The notes beneath the pieces are model-generated. The model was not told the origin of the DNA and ran no database searches. It was given only the letters and a program-made list of their open reading frames with translations. This document shows positions 27,113 to 47,623 of a stretch of DNA of 57,926 nt, in pieces. A program made the position numbers and the translations under genes. Every line of letters starts with the position of its first letter. Position 1 is the first letter of the stretch. This DNA is from Catajapyx aquilonaris (taxonomy: Eukaryota), in the NCBI GenBank assembly GCA_000934665.2, contig JYFJ02002383.1, forward strand, positions 1 through 57,926, written 5' to 3'.

Positions 27113-30100
27113 TCAAAGCCATGTAATTGGCTTATTGAGGAACCCATCCCCAGCTGCCATCATGCTTCTGTGCTCTGCTTCTACTACACATAGCAAAGCA
27201 CGCATCTCATTGTTTGGCCCGCATACATCGTCCAGCTGGTAGTATATTTGGAGTGCTCTCTGTTGCTGGTGTGGGGGTGAGGGAGGAGGAGTAGGCTCCA
27301 TGCTTGCAGGATTGGTAGTAGAAGAGGAGAGGCATTTAAAGTTGGGACGTGACTTCTTATGATAGTCCCAATAGTGGCCACGGTGATGGGGTGAGTCATC
27401 CGAAGCATCTGTGTCTGTTGATGGCGGTGACATGCTCCAGGACACGTGGCGGTGACGGCTCTGCATGCTGAGTAGGATGGAAACAATACAGTGAGTCAAA
27501 TACTCCGACATGTAGTGGTAGTAGCAGTAATGAAAGTAATATAATTAATAATAACAAAAACAACAATAACAATTTGAGTATTGTCTAGCTCTTGAAAATG
27601 TCACACATATTTGTTCTTCTCCTAACCACACCTGTTTCTTATTGCACAAGTTTTCTTTTATGTAGCACTGGCCACTGGGGGTCTGGGGCATACTAACAGG
27701 CCATGACTGGGAGAGGAGAAACAGGTGCAAGTGCAATGCTGGTCTAGGCCATTATGTATGCTTCGCTGAGTATTCAGTGTAATGTAACTTTCACCTACGA
27801 AGCTGGAGAAATGTTGAATCCAGAACCTTTCCATCTGTAGTACGTACATATCAGCAGTGCCACACTGTCTATTTGTAAAGATGCAGTAGATTGTACCATT
27901 AGAATGTGGTGATGCAGCGCCCAATGGAGTAGTGTGAAAGAAAAAAAAACAAAAACTGTTGGCATATCTTAAAACTTCTGCCTAATGGGCACATGGTTCT
28001 GACTGATATTTGTTGCAAGGAATGTGGAGATCCCTTCACATAGTGAAAATATTATTTTGTTCCTACAAAGAGGCTCATGCAGCATTGATATCTCCTTCTT
28101 TGCAGCATCCCTTCCTTTAAAAATTGCTTTCTTTACAACCCTGAATTCTACTGCACACATTAAGACACATCTTTCTTCCTCATCCACTCTCTTGCAAACC
28201 ACAAACTAATGTGCCATACTTACATTGAGATCAAATGGCAGGCTAAGTAACAAGAAAAGTATCTGAATAAATTAGCAAACAAGCACTACATCTGAAATTA
28301 TGTTAGTATATCAATTGATTTAACAAATCAGTTAATTAGGTATGATAAAATGCCCCTGTAAAACTGGTATTCAAAATTACTTCAACGCATTAAAAAATCA
28401 TGATTAACCCTTACGCCTCAATATCTGCTTTGGGATCAGCAGTTCAACCTAGTAGCTTGAAAGTATAGCAAACCCTCAGGTTGCGTAAGTGTATCATTAC
28501 ACAATATTAACTGTAATTCAAATTTTACATAACTTGAAATGTTTTGCATTATACATCATGCCGCAATGGATCTTATACATCAATACTGGAGTCACTCTCC
28601 TATCCAACTGAGGCTGTTGCAGGTGAGAAAGGCCCAGAAGCATGTTGCAAATGTAAACTGAGAGAGCGAAAGAGTCTTGGCAGATATGTTCCAGTTGCCA
28701 CAAGCTGAAATTTAACACATTTTCTCACAGTTGATGGCTTTATATGATACCAGTTTGTTCTGTAGATTTTTTGTGCCCATCAAATTTTTTTTAATGCAAT
28801 TCGGAATTTTTATGTAATTCAGAGCTATGTAAGTTGGGGACTGGCTGTATAACGCAGAAATATAAGTTTCACACGTGATATAATTACATTGTTATAACAT
28901 TTTTAAATAGTGGTTTTCCAGAACACAAGCTACATGCAACCTTGGTATGGCTAATATGAAATTTATCTGATATGTCTAGAAATAGTTACCTAGGGAGAGG
29001 AGGACTGATGCAGGAGAAGGAATCATCCTGGTCATCATCGAACTCTCTTTCATCATCATCACAATTTCCCACCTCCTCCTCTACTTCTTCCTCTTCCTCT
29101 GTAGCACTGTTGGTGGTGGTAGTGGAGTCCATCTCTGACTCTGTCTCAGAGTCTGACTCACTGCTTGTCTCCAGCAGGCGGCGGGCCCCATTGTAATTGT
29201 GTTCCATCCAGCTCCGCAAGTCAGACTTCTTTGATATGTGGTTCTCCATCATCTGCTGTGGACTTGAAGTCTTCTTCTGCAAGAGATTAACAAGTTAGCT
29301 TCAACTTACATTCTGTAAGAATATATCGCAATTAATAATGCTGCACTGACTTATTACACTCCATTAAAATATAACAATCAAATCATTGATGTATCTTATT
29401 GTAATTATGTTGCAAACTGATAGTACCTTTAAATTACAAAATTGCAATATATCATGTGAATTTAGAAGCCACTCCAGTTGGGTACATTCTAATGTTGTGC
29501 TTATAAAATACCAAACAATATTTATCCTCCCGACCTCCACCCAATCATCAAATCAGTACATGAACAATACTGCATCTTGCAATAAACAAATCTGTCAATC
29601 TAGACTGCTGGTGTAACTTTGCAAGTCCTCCTACAAGTGATAACCTAATTCCAAGATAACGGCCACTTAACTAATTTATATCTTAAACTCATCAGTCTGC
29701 AATTTAGTGCCTAGTATGAACTTCTAACACACATAACATACTCATCTGACGTATGACATGAATGGATACAACAAGTCAAAAAGCATGATAACCGATTTTT
29801 ATATCTACCCACCTGAATGGCACTTGAGGCATGACAATTTCCTGTAGACATATGTGGTGGCATACTCGCTGCTGAGTGACTGGCTGCAGCAGCAGCCTGC
29901 TTCTTCCCAGAGCGCGAGTGTGTGTAGAGTGTATGATCTAAGCCCCTCTCCTTCAGATACCGGCGAAGAATTCTCCGTCTAGCGTTGATAAACCAATTAT
30001 TCACCTGCAATAAATATTCACATATTAAACAATACAATGCACAAGCTCGTCCCCACATCTTTCCTCACAAAAAAAACAAAAACAAATTAATAAGCACAAA

Positions 30101-33100
30101 CCCTTCTGAGCCTCTCATGCAACCTACTGAGACATGCAATTAACTTACGCAAGAATTAGCAAAAACATGCCTGCAATGGTAATGAAAAGTCGTATGTTTC
30201 ACATCTAAAGTACAGTCAATTCTAGATATAACAGCCTTGGCTATAAGCAACCCACAGTTATAGCAGACTTGAAAGGCTGGTCCTGGCATACTTCCATACA
30301 TGATCTGTGTATTTGGATATAGGAAACCTCAGTTACAGGATATCTACTGAATTCCGCGGTCCCTTGAAGTCTCATATCCGGAGTCAACTGTATTTGTCAA
30401 TATATGTGAACAGAGATGCAAAGCAGTTGTACTTGACACCTACTCAATAACATGTACAGTATTCAAATTAATGTTAGCAAATTACAATACACTGTACTCC
30501 CAATCATCTGGGTGTGGATTATCCGTGCATCGCCAAAACAAGGGGAAATAAATAAAAGTCAGAAAACAAAGAAATATAACACAGGATTTTTTTTCCAGAA
30601 GACAAACTAAAAATGTGTGGAAAGTTTCAGTATTGTGATTAAACCTTACTTTAAAGCAGAGTACAGTATGATTGTACAATTATAGTTCATTTAAAACCTC
30701 TGAACAGCTAGGTCACTTTTATGGTATCTAGAACCATTTCCCGATAATCTGTGTTTTCCGATTATTATCTGGCAACATTCGTGCAGTCATTAGACTGGAT
30801 AATCAGGAGTACAGTGTATTATAATACTACATATACCAATACACTATGCAATGTACCTGAATATACAATTACACACGAAAACTTGGGAACTATGCATACC
30901 TGCAGCAGTGTGAGTCCTGTTGCCACACAGAAGTTCTTCTTCTCTTCTTCAGTTGGGTAAGCATAATCTGCATGTTCAATCAACCATTTGGTCATCATCT
31001 CAACAGCTTCAGGAGGCAAGTTGCCCCTCCTCCTGGTGTTGCCTTTCCGCAGCCTTGCTTTCCCATTGCTAGTGGCCTGACCTTCATCTTCATCTTCGTC
31101 AATGTCCTCTTCATCACCAATGCTGCGAAATCCCAGAGTGTAATTGGCAGAGGAATATATTGACCTCACTGCAAAGAAGAAGTAAAAGTACATTAGTACA
31201 AATGCTTGAACCGCTTCATTTCAACTACTGATTCATCCCCTTCTAGTAGAAAAAAAGGGTGTACGAGTCCAATGAGAACCTGCAAATCACAGACACTATA
31301 TGCAAGAGGGTGTGACAGGTGCCATTTGGGTTCAAATTTGCTTTTCCCCACTTGGTAACTGTGTGTTACAGATTATCCTCTACTACACACTTAACATACG
31401 CTAAAATAAGGTACAATTAATGGCAAAGAATCAGTATGTCAAAAGGGAATGACCTCAGACCAAACAGGGGATCCTTGAGAGGGATCCTCCACCGCCTTTT
31501 TCAGGACACATCTCACCGTCTCTCTGTGGCATTGGTCCAAACAGAGAGCCTACGAGGAAACTAAGTCTTGAAATAAACAGTCGCCTGGACCTCATTCAAT
31601 GAATTTTTGCTTATGTCTTGTTTCTCGTGACCTGTGCCAACTGGGGTAAACATCTTCTTATGACTATGCAGGAGGGGGTTCAGCCTGCTGCCTTTACTTA
31701 CAACTTTGTGTCGCATGAGTTATGCAACCCACTTCTACAGGTAATCGCTCCGCCAGATTTGCTCTCAACAAAAGAACTGTTTGCCACTAACCAGATTATG
31801 TCACTGACAAGAGCCTAATTATTACTGCTCTGGTACTGATGTTGAGTAGCCAATACAGTAGTGCATTATATGAAGGAGACAATGTGGCATAATTGTGATG
31901 TTAATTTTGCATTCATTTGTACTACCGGTACACTATGAAACCAAACATTGCCAGTTTTAATATCACTGCAGACTGCAACCATATTAAGGCTCCGTAATAT
32001 TTCAATATTTCAATAATAAGATTTTAAATATACTCATCACGAATGATAAGAGAACTAGCGATGCCAAATTTGCAGGAACGTTATTTTTTCCCATTTTATC
32101 ATATTAACAATCGGATATCTAATTGGACAATTCCCAACTCTCTGCACATGGCAGCATTGTTATTTTTAGGAAACTAACATCCTAAATACAGTACATCGCA
32201 CATCATGCAGTCTGCCTTTCAAAATACACATATCCACGCCGCAAATGCGTGTCTCTTGGAATCAAAACAAGTCGTGATCTCTCCCCAATCATAAAGTCTT
32301 AACAACTGATGCCCTCAGGGTGTTATCATGCAAACATCATTTCCATCCAGTACTTTCTGCGCATTTCACCCAACCTGCACCTCTCAGAAACAAGTCCCCA
32401 GACAGGTGACAGATCTGGACCCAATTCCTGCTAACCCCCATCAATCGTGAGAACCACATGCGCCGATTAAAATTCCTGGGAAGGTGCTCCCCACGTCACT
32501 CGCACGTCAGAGCACGGAATTCCCCCCTTAGTTATAATATGCACAGGCGTAATGCGTATCTGTTGGGCCGCGGCACGTATGGAAACGCAGAACGCAGACG
32601 GCCAAGCCCCGCCAAGGACGTGGCCTGTCAGGTTGGCTATTCGCATTGGCCAACCTTGCGGCCACAGGGTGATATAGCTCATGTCCCACTTTTGCAGAAT
32701 GCCTCCGGTCGGCCTAGCTAATGGGCACGTGGCCTTATGGGAATGTCTTACGGAAATCGTCGCCCGTCTTTCTTCTGCATACCTTATAATCCAACGCGGT
32801 GGGTCCAAATTTAAAGCAAGGTCGACTGCGGGATAATTTACACCGGCCGCAATATTTAGTTGCAAGGAAAAAGCCCAGATAAGTTATCTCAAAATGTTGA
32901 CACACCTCAAGGCCAATGTTTTTGGAGCGTCGCAATCCGGGAGCACTTTATCTACGCGCACATATGCGTAAATTATTGGCCGGTGGTTTGAATGCAAATT
33001 TTTCTTGCTCAGAATAAAATTGCTGTATCATTCCTACAATTCCACTCGTTGCAATGCAGGTGATGACGGGAGTACGTCATACGTGAAATTGCTCTTTCCC

Positions 33101-36100
33101 AACACTTGCCTTGTAAATTACCGCACCAACATATATTACATCAAACATGCCACCTATTTCATACACAAATTTTTTAAACTGTCACTACACACTACCTAAG
33201 CAATAATAATAAAACTAGTGTACAGCCATATCCCATCATCCTCATTAAAACTGATATTCTTCAAGAGCACCAACAGGAAATAGCGCGGCGAATTAGCCAG
33301 CAAGAGACATCCCGACACATCCACGATGAATCCGCCCTGCTGAATGCAGATGCGAGCAAAAGCAAAAATAGAGGCACCTGAACAACTGGCAGGCTCATCC
33401 ACGGGGGTTTATTTCGAACATGAGGCCAAATGGGAGAGCGGGGCCTCTTCTTGGCCTCACTCACACGTGCTTTGATCGTCGCCACCCAGCTGGCTCATTT
33501 CTGCATGCAAAATATCTGCAACCCCAGTCTTCGTATTATGCATTGGCGCAACCCCTATGGGCACCATATAATTCCATATGTCCGCATCGAAAAGTGCCAC
33601 GCAGCATAGTTCAGCGTGTTTATGAACCGATAATAATTACCTAACCTAGATAGCAGTTATCGGCTGATAACTGACTTATCTAACCGGGCAGTGCAACTCA
33701 CAACAAATTTTGACAGCTGCCTATAGAAAACGAAGAGAGGTTGGTTAACTCTCCAGCTGCAGGATTTCCTCGTGTTCAAAATGGAGAAACTTTGTGAGAA
33801 GATTCATGACAAAAGCCGGAAGCCCGAGACAAAAGTTTCCACACTTTTAATTGTGTAAATGTCAGCCGGGGGAAAAAAAATAATAATATTTAACAACAAC
33901 CCCCCCGTTGGTCATCAATAATAAGGGGAGCTACAGTAGATGCGACTACGAAGGTCGTGCATGGAAGCATTAACTGGTGCGCGCTATTGTTTCCTGTCAG
34001 TGATATTGGCAGTGAATGGGGAGGCATATTTACACGTGTACTATGCACCGCACGTTCCAATATCGAGATACTGGGTGTAGCCTGCTGAGCATATCCGGAC
34101 ATGTCGATTGACTTATTTTTAGCTATACCAAATGAGTGCAAGACATAAGAGCCACACTCCCACACCTCAATGAGTTTGCCCACAGACTAGTCCGCAAAAG
34201 ATGAAAGCTGGCAAATTTGTACAAAATATTCTTCCCGCTTTCTTTCGTAGAAACCAACAAGCCAACTTTTGGCCATATGCAATATGTCGACCGCAAGTTG
34301 GCTACATTTTATTTCCCAACAGCTTAAAAAAAAACAGCTGGGGACGCCCACAAGCAGCTGAAAATACTGTCAGTATATAGTTCTGAACTTCCCTGTATTT
34401 TTAAAGCCGGTGTTTTGGTAGAATCGCGCGTGTTCCTAGGCACACCCCATTCTACACGCCACGATTGCATTACTAATCCCATTCATCTACGTACGTTTCC
34501 TTCCCACTGCCAATTTCCGCACCTGCCGTTGCCAAAACAGATCTCACCGCTTGAAAATTCCCCAAAAAATCTATTCTGTTCCAACGTGACCGGTTACCAA
34601 ATATTTTTTAAAAAGAGTGCTTTTAAAATAAAAGCAGGGCAGCCCCTCCTTGCTCAAGGCCGGTGTGCAGCAGAAAGGTAGCAGACAAGGCTTTGACTTC
34701 CTCCTTTTCTTCTGGCAGCAATTACTGTCTGGTTACGACACGTGTTTACCATGTGGCAACGCCGATTCTTTTTACCATGCACTAGGAAAAAGCAAGGAGA
34801 ACGGGATACGCTCTCCAGTATACCCACTCTCCAGTCTATTTTCCCGACGTCATACGATATTGCACGATATTATTTAATTTTAGTACTCGTAAGTAACATA
34901 TGGCATTTTTAATAATAAAAATGTGCACAAACAACTTTTTAGGAAGTGGAAGCCCTCTGGAATATCATCAAATTCGGTTTGAAGGTCGCGCCAAAATGAG
35001 ACGTGGGAGGTGGGGAGGAGGGGGCGCATGTTTGTGTTTCGAAAAGGTCGCCTCGGTTCCGGAGATAAAAATACTATACCTCTATGAACTCAGATTACCC
35101 AAATACAACGCCACTACCGGTAACTATCGCCCTGTACCTTCCGGTCTTCATTGACATTTACCACACAGCAGTGGGGCTGATATACAGTACTAGCCAGTAG
35201 TCACCCACCACTGACAACACAAAAGCACGGAAGGAGTGTGGTCGTGCCTTGGTATACTGCCCATCTATTATGTTCCATTACGACACGCCTGTATTCAATT
35301 ACATTATTATTACATTGTAAGGCCAGTATCGAACTTTATCGCCAAACACTGTCATGGCCATTGATTTTGTTCACTTTTATCTGTCAGCGATTACGCGAGC
35401 AGATTTTTTTCCCTAGAAATTATGAGCCCCAGAAATTCAGACGGGGTGATAGAATGCGTTAACCTTGAGTTATGCAAGTGGAAGAGGAAGCCTCTTAACA
35501 AGTGGGTCGGACTATGGCTAACCCTGGATAGTATAAACGCTCGCGTCCTTATCCAGGAGAGTAAACACAACACTGCTTGATAATCCACCAATGATTGTGC
35601 ATATCTACAACCTGCGATCATGGCCACAAGTGGCCCCCAAAAAAATGACATTGCAGAAAAATACGCTCATTAGCTAAGATGCCTCGTATATTAGACGGGC
35701 CATAAATTTATTGACATATTGTTGTCTGTCATCCTCAATCAGTGCCTACCTCTAAAAATGAGCAGAGTGATGCAATTGGCAAGTGTAATGGCGCAAGGAA
35801 GCCGGTTTCTTTTGCGACGTCGACCTTCCTGATCAAGGAGGACCACCTTTGCTTTGCTATTTACCTTCTGACGTCCACGTTAAGTAGGATCGGGACCCCC
35901 CTTCGAAACAACACCTGGGAATCCCCTGCATCGACTATATCCTGATCAAATGTCGAGAATTTACTATACAAGCAGCCTTGCAAGGTCGCGTTAGCTGGTG
36001 ACCAGCCGGAAGTAGTGACCTCGAGTTATGTGTACACTGGCTATTTAAAAAAAAAAAGTCACAATCCGCAACCCTGACCCTTGAAACCTGCATGGTGTTA

Positions 36101-39100
36101 TCCCTCTGTGCATAAATCAACCATTCTGCAATCGAGCGAATCAAATCGAACAGTTGATGAAATGTTTGGGAATTATGTGCATACAATAATAGTCATTTTT
36201 TTGCCTTCTCCGAAATAACATATGAGCAAACACCTTGGTTTGATTTCGTCATTACCAAGGTCAAGATCATTCAACGTACCCCTGAGTGCATGTCACATGA
36301 TTCTAGGGGGCTGACATTTTCACCTGCGAACCTATTGCCACACCTATGCATAAATAAAATTTGCATTTTTTTTCTCCCAAATAACTAACACGATTGTCAA
36401 ACCTGTTGTGTGAAGCACATGCAACGTCCCAAGGTCGGGTACGGGCTGGGCAAATTACCGTAACATACTGGCGTCATTGGCTGAAATGGCGGGAAATGGG
36501 AGTACGTGCAGTGTGGGTGCTTCGCGTCAACCATGTGTATACGCTGCACATATGACAGCCGCGAACTAGTTTATCGTCCGGACAAATTCGATTGCTCTAT
36601 TCGATACAACACCTGCATTACGCTCCAAGGTCAGTTTAGACCTGGCAGAATAAATACGTCCCTTCCTGTTCGTATTCTTCGCAATGATATAACAGTCTGT
36701 AAAATCATGGCGCCTAGTTTTCCTCCAATTCCAATCAATTACTCCCATCCAGCAATATATAAAAAATAAACTTGGGCTCAAAATTGGCCCAACTCCAGTG
36801 TCTCCTTGCGTCAGAGTTTAATCGGATATCCTTGGCATGTTGGTCGGGATCAATCGTGAACAAGACCTAAACTGACAAAGTTCACGTGTACCATTTAAAA
36901 ATTCATTTTTGCCACCCCCAACAAGGTCAGCAGATTTACACCCAATGAACTGATACTTGGGTAGTTTCACGCTCCACGAGCCATCCTGCCACGCAAATAC
37001 TAGAACATTGTATTAATACAGTACTGCCATGCTGACTGACCCTGATGTGTTGTTGCCAAAGGTCTCCTTACTATCTATTTGCCTACTGATATCAATGTTC
37101 TGACGCGTTACATAAGCAGTGCCATTGTGAACGGAGAGAAACCGGGTGTCACATAAGTCGCACCCTATGAGGAATCGACAATTATTACTGGTATATATGC
37201 TTGCGTCTGTTCCTATTCGAATGTGAAATCGCAAAAGTGAAGGCTACACTCAGAATTGCGCCAGAACACTGCGAAAACCTACCTACAAAAACCTATGGGA
37301 ATATTGCAAGACTTTTTTTTTGAGCGTTAGTAATGACGTGCATGACTTGATGAAATCTCCATCACAACCCATTCTTACTCCCCGTGCCTCCCTCCCATGG
37401 GAAAAATATATATCCAGCGACCTTCACTACGGCCTTGGCCATTGGGGAAGATGGGCCCGTGGCCTTCCTGGTTCAATTTGCAATTTGTACCCGCCAGGCA
37501 AGATGCGACTGACATCCTAATCCAAACAACCCTTAGCAAATACAGCATTTTCATCATACCCTGTATGTCAAACCCATGTCAAAACGTGACCCATACTTGA
37601 CACGAAGCAGATCACAACCTCAAAGCGTGTATCACACAGCACGTGTGAAGTGAGATAATTTTCTGGCAAGACCTGTACAATGAACTACTTTGAGTCATTT
37701 CGGCCAATCGTGACATAACTCCACTGACGCAACAGTTCATGAACTTCTGGGAGCGACCATGCCGTTAAAATTATGTCGAAGCGGAGCTGGGTGTTTCGGG
37801 CGTGGAAGCCTCCTCCCCCATAGGAGGCATGGGAGATATTCAACAAGGGTAACTCCACATAGGACCGCCCTCACGTTTTGTAAGCATGCCAAAGGGAAAC
37901 CAGAGTAGGCCTGCACAGTGTACTTCCGTAAGAAGCCGATACGCAACTCCCGGTGAACTGTGACCCACCCACAACATTGTTTCACATACAAGTACTAATC
38001 AGAATCAGACATCCTGGTTGTCAACACCAAAAGACGTGACAATCAACTCAAATGCGTCAATACGCACATGATTTACAATAACAACCTATTCATAGCCCAG
38101 TGCGAAGCGATATTGGGCAGCGTTTAAAAATAATGCATGGCAATTAATAACCACATGTGACCATATAGGACGCACCTAATAGGGTGCCGAGGTTTGTCCA
38201 ACTATGGACAGTGTTACTAGACGGCCGGAGTTACCAGACGCGTGAAAATAGTACCTGGGATGCGGGCCAAGGTGTTTGGTGTTGTCAGAGTCTCTGGCAT
38301 TTCGGACCCCGGGCTTAAAATTAGCAAGCCAGTGTCAATATATCTCAGGTATGTGAAGAGCCCGGCGTCCACCTGTCAAGTACGACCTACATTGGGCAAA
38401 TCAGTTTCCAGCAATCAGTGCTGCATTCAATGACACTTGACTTGTAAATATTATTGGCTCGATGATAGCCTCGATTTAAGTGAGTCTGTCACATGAGTTG
38501 AGATATATGTAAGTGACGTGTGTCAGTTGCACATAACTTTCTGAAAGTCAAACAAACAAAAAAAATGGAAATCTTGAGAATGAGGTTTGCTGGCTCATTT
38601 CTCACGTGTTGTTCCCGTCAGATACGAGCATCTTCGTGTACCATGTGAACTGCGACATGTGTACTATAGTCAGTTACACCGAACAACTTTTTATCACCCT
38701 AACGCAAACCCTACCTATCCAAGGCCACTACGTCATCAAATTGGCAAGAAGAAAAGGAAGTTCCGACGTCTGCCACATTACGCAACAATAGCATTCGCCT
38801 TATAACCTATATCTCCCCACACATGTACGCACATACGATACGGATAAACATGCGTAAGTGAACAACAACACCCTTCTTTTTTTTACACACATATATACAC
38901 GTATCTTCGTTGGCCTTGGGGACACCAAAAATACAACGAAGGATAGCCCCAAACGCTATCGTATAATATACGGAAAATTCCCGCGCACATGTGGCATGTA
39001 TACGCTAGGCCTACTTTTACGCAAGACAAAGACAGCATGTCAGTGTGCAGTCCATGTGTCAGTTTTTGCATCACTTTCTGCAAATCATCTGACGTCATTT

Positions 39101-39904
39101 GGCGGACAAAAAATTTTAAAGTAAAGTTGGAAATAACAGATTTTTTTTTCTGTGTTAAACTGTCATTCCCGGATGCTGCTTTACGGGTTGGTCTTTTTCA
39201 CCCTCATTTTTTTTTCACTGGATTTTTTCTGCCCAAGTTCGTCAAGCTGGAAGGTAGAGTGAAGGTAGTTCCCCTCTCCCGTTTTCTAAACCGGTTCAAG
39301 CCCCGATTTCCAATCCCTGGCTGCCCTCCATTCGAACATTTCGCTGACACTTTAAACTACACGTCATTACTACCGATAGCAACTTTCGCACAAACATTAC
39401 CTTCAAACCCGCTCATTACCTTCAACCAGGCCCCTTGGTATAAAAATGGAAACTTTCAAGTGAATTGCACGCAAGAATGCCCCGTAGCACCTGGTCACAT
39501 ACGCAATAATGCCACGCTGTCACGCCATTAATTATTCAAGCGTATTGTGCCATCAAAATGCATGATACGCTAATTGAAATTATTGCATCGATATTTTAAA
39601 ATTAACGCGCGTGATTTCTCCTTTCCGCAACAACGCCAACTTTCCCAACACTGAAACGGCAGAAATATTCCGAAAACGAAAGTCAATGTAACAAAATTGC
39701 TATATAACCCATTTCCCACGTGTGACACCCCGCCATGTCCTGTTAGGCCTTCCAACAGCAAGCCCTCTCCCAGGCATGAGTAATAGAAACCCACGTGTCC
39801 CTCCCAGTGACAGCTGTCAGACCACCATTGTTCTCCACTCCCGAAAGAAAAATGCACGACCAGTACTCACTTTTCCTGAAGCGGATGGAGCCCGACTTGG
39901 GCAT
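27113..39904 (-). CDS. TGIF: TGIF / achintya-vismay-like TALE homeodomain transcription factor (~390 aa, 6 exons)
   Basis: Exons 39904-39871, 33500-33465, 31168-30900, 30004-29813, 29276-28990, 27467-27113, phases consistent (the two short 5' exons are inferred from strong splice sites and frame). Homeodomain RRRGNLPPEAVEMMTKWLIEHADYAYPTEEEK...LQVNNWFINARRRIL with the TGIF-type AYP loop, GLDHTLYTHSRSGKK extension (cf. GxDPxxFTISRRG) and a PTPPPSPP motif. Confidence 0.88.
30213..30390. mobile_element. pogo/Tigger-type MITE in the homeobox-splitting intron
   Basis: TA|CAGTCAATTCTAGATATAAC ... GGTCCCTTGAAG...ATATCCGGAGTCAACTG|TA; related to 45375-45876. Confidence 0.75.
39808..39819. promoter_or_regulatory. 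Palindromic TGIF/TALE dimer site TGACAGCTGTCA in TGIF intron 1
   Basis: Exact 12-bp palindrome about 50 bp into the intron after the 39871 donor. It is the known in vitro dimer motif of TGIF-class homeodomains. Confidence 0.6.
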
Positions 39905-40059
39905 GGAAGCGGGGTTTGTGTCCCAACAACAGAAGAGTATGCGTTGGGCTTGTGAAGCAACAGCTTGGGGTGCGCGCGCGTGTGTGTGTGGCGGGCAGGC
40001 ACTCTCTCCGGCCAGCCAGGTGCTCTAGGATCGAATGGAGTGGCCTGACTGAAACGGGG

Positions 40060-40170
40060 CGCTGAAAAGAGCGCCTAGAAGGACGGCATGGGGAGGGGAC
40101 AAGGGGGGCTTGGAAGGGGGACTGACGGGTGCGTTCGGCGATTGGAGCGAACGAAGGATGACGTCAATTC
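40060..40170 (-). promoter_or_regulatory. Putative TGIF promoter (GC-rich, CRE, CCAAT)
   Basis: TGACGTCA at 40159-40166, ATTGG (CCAAT on -) at 40141-40145 and G-rich boxes. Lies between TGIF exon 1 and the USP14 AATAAA (minus strand, 40332-40337). Confidence 0.5.
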
Positions 40171-40480
40171 GGAGGGAGATTCCGAATGCATGGCCACGAG
40201 GCAACGACACACATGGCAGCGTGATGACCCACTGAAAACAATGAAATAATCGAACGCCAAATAGTGTTAACTAGTATATTGTGCTAGCTGATAAAAAAAC
40301 AGAGATGCAGTTCAAATTTCAGTGACAGAAATTTATTTACCCAAACAAACAAAAAACAAACACATGTATTCAGTTTGAACATGGTGTCAATTGGGAGAGC
40401 ATTTCAAACCCAGGTGAAGCTTATGACACTGGGATATTGGTTTAGGTGTCACAGGTTTAGAAGTCCAGGATGACAACAAG

Positions 40481-47623
<7,143 letters not shown>

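Noticed and set aside
33501..39870. Nested protein-coding genes in TGIF intron 1 (e.g. ORF 38989-39531)
   Set aside because: No recognisable domains or phase-consistent exon chains found; composition looks regulatory.
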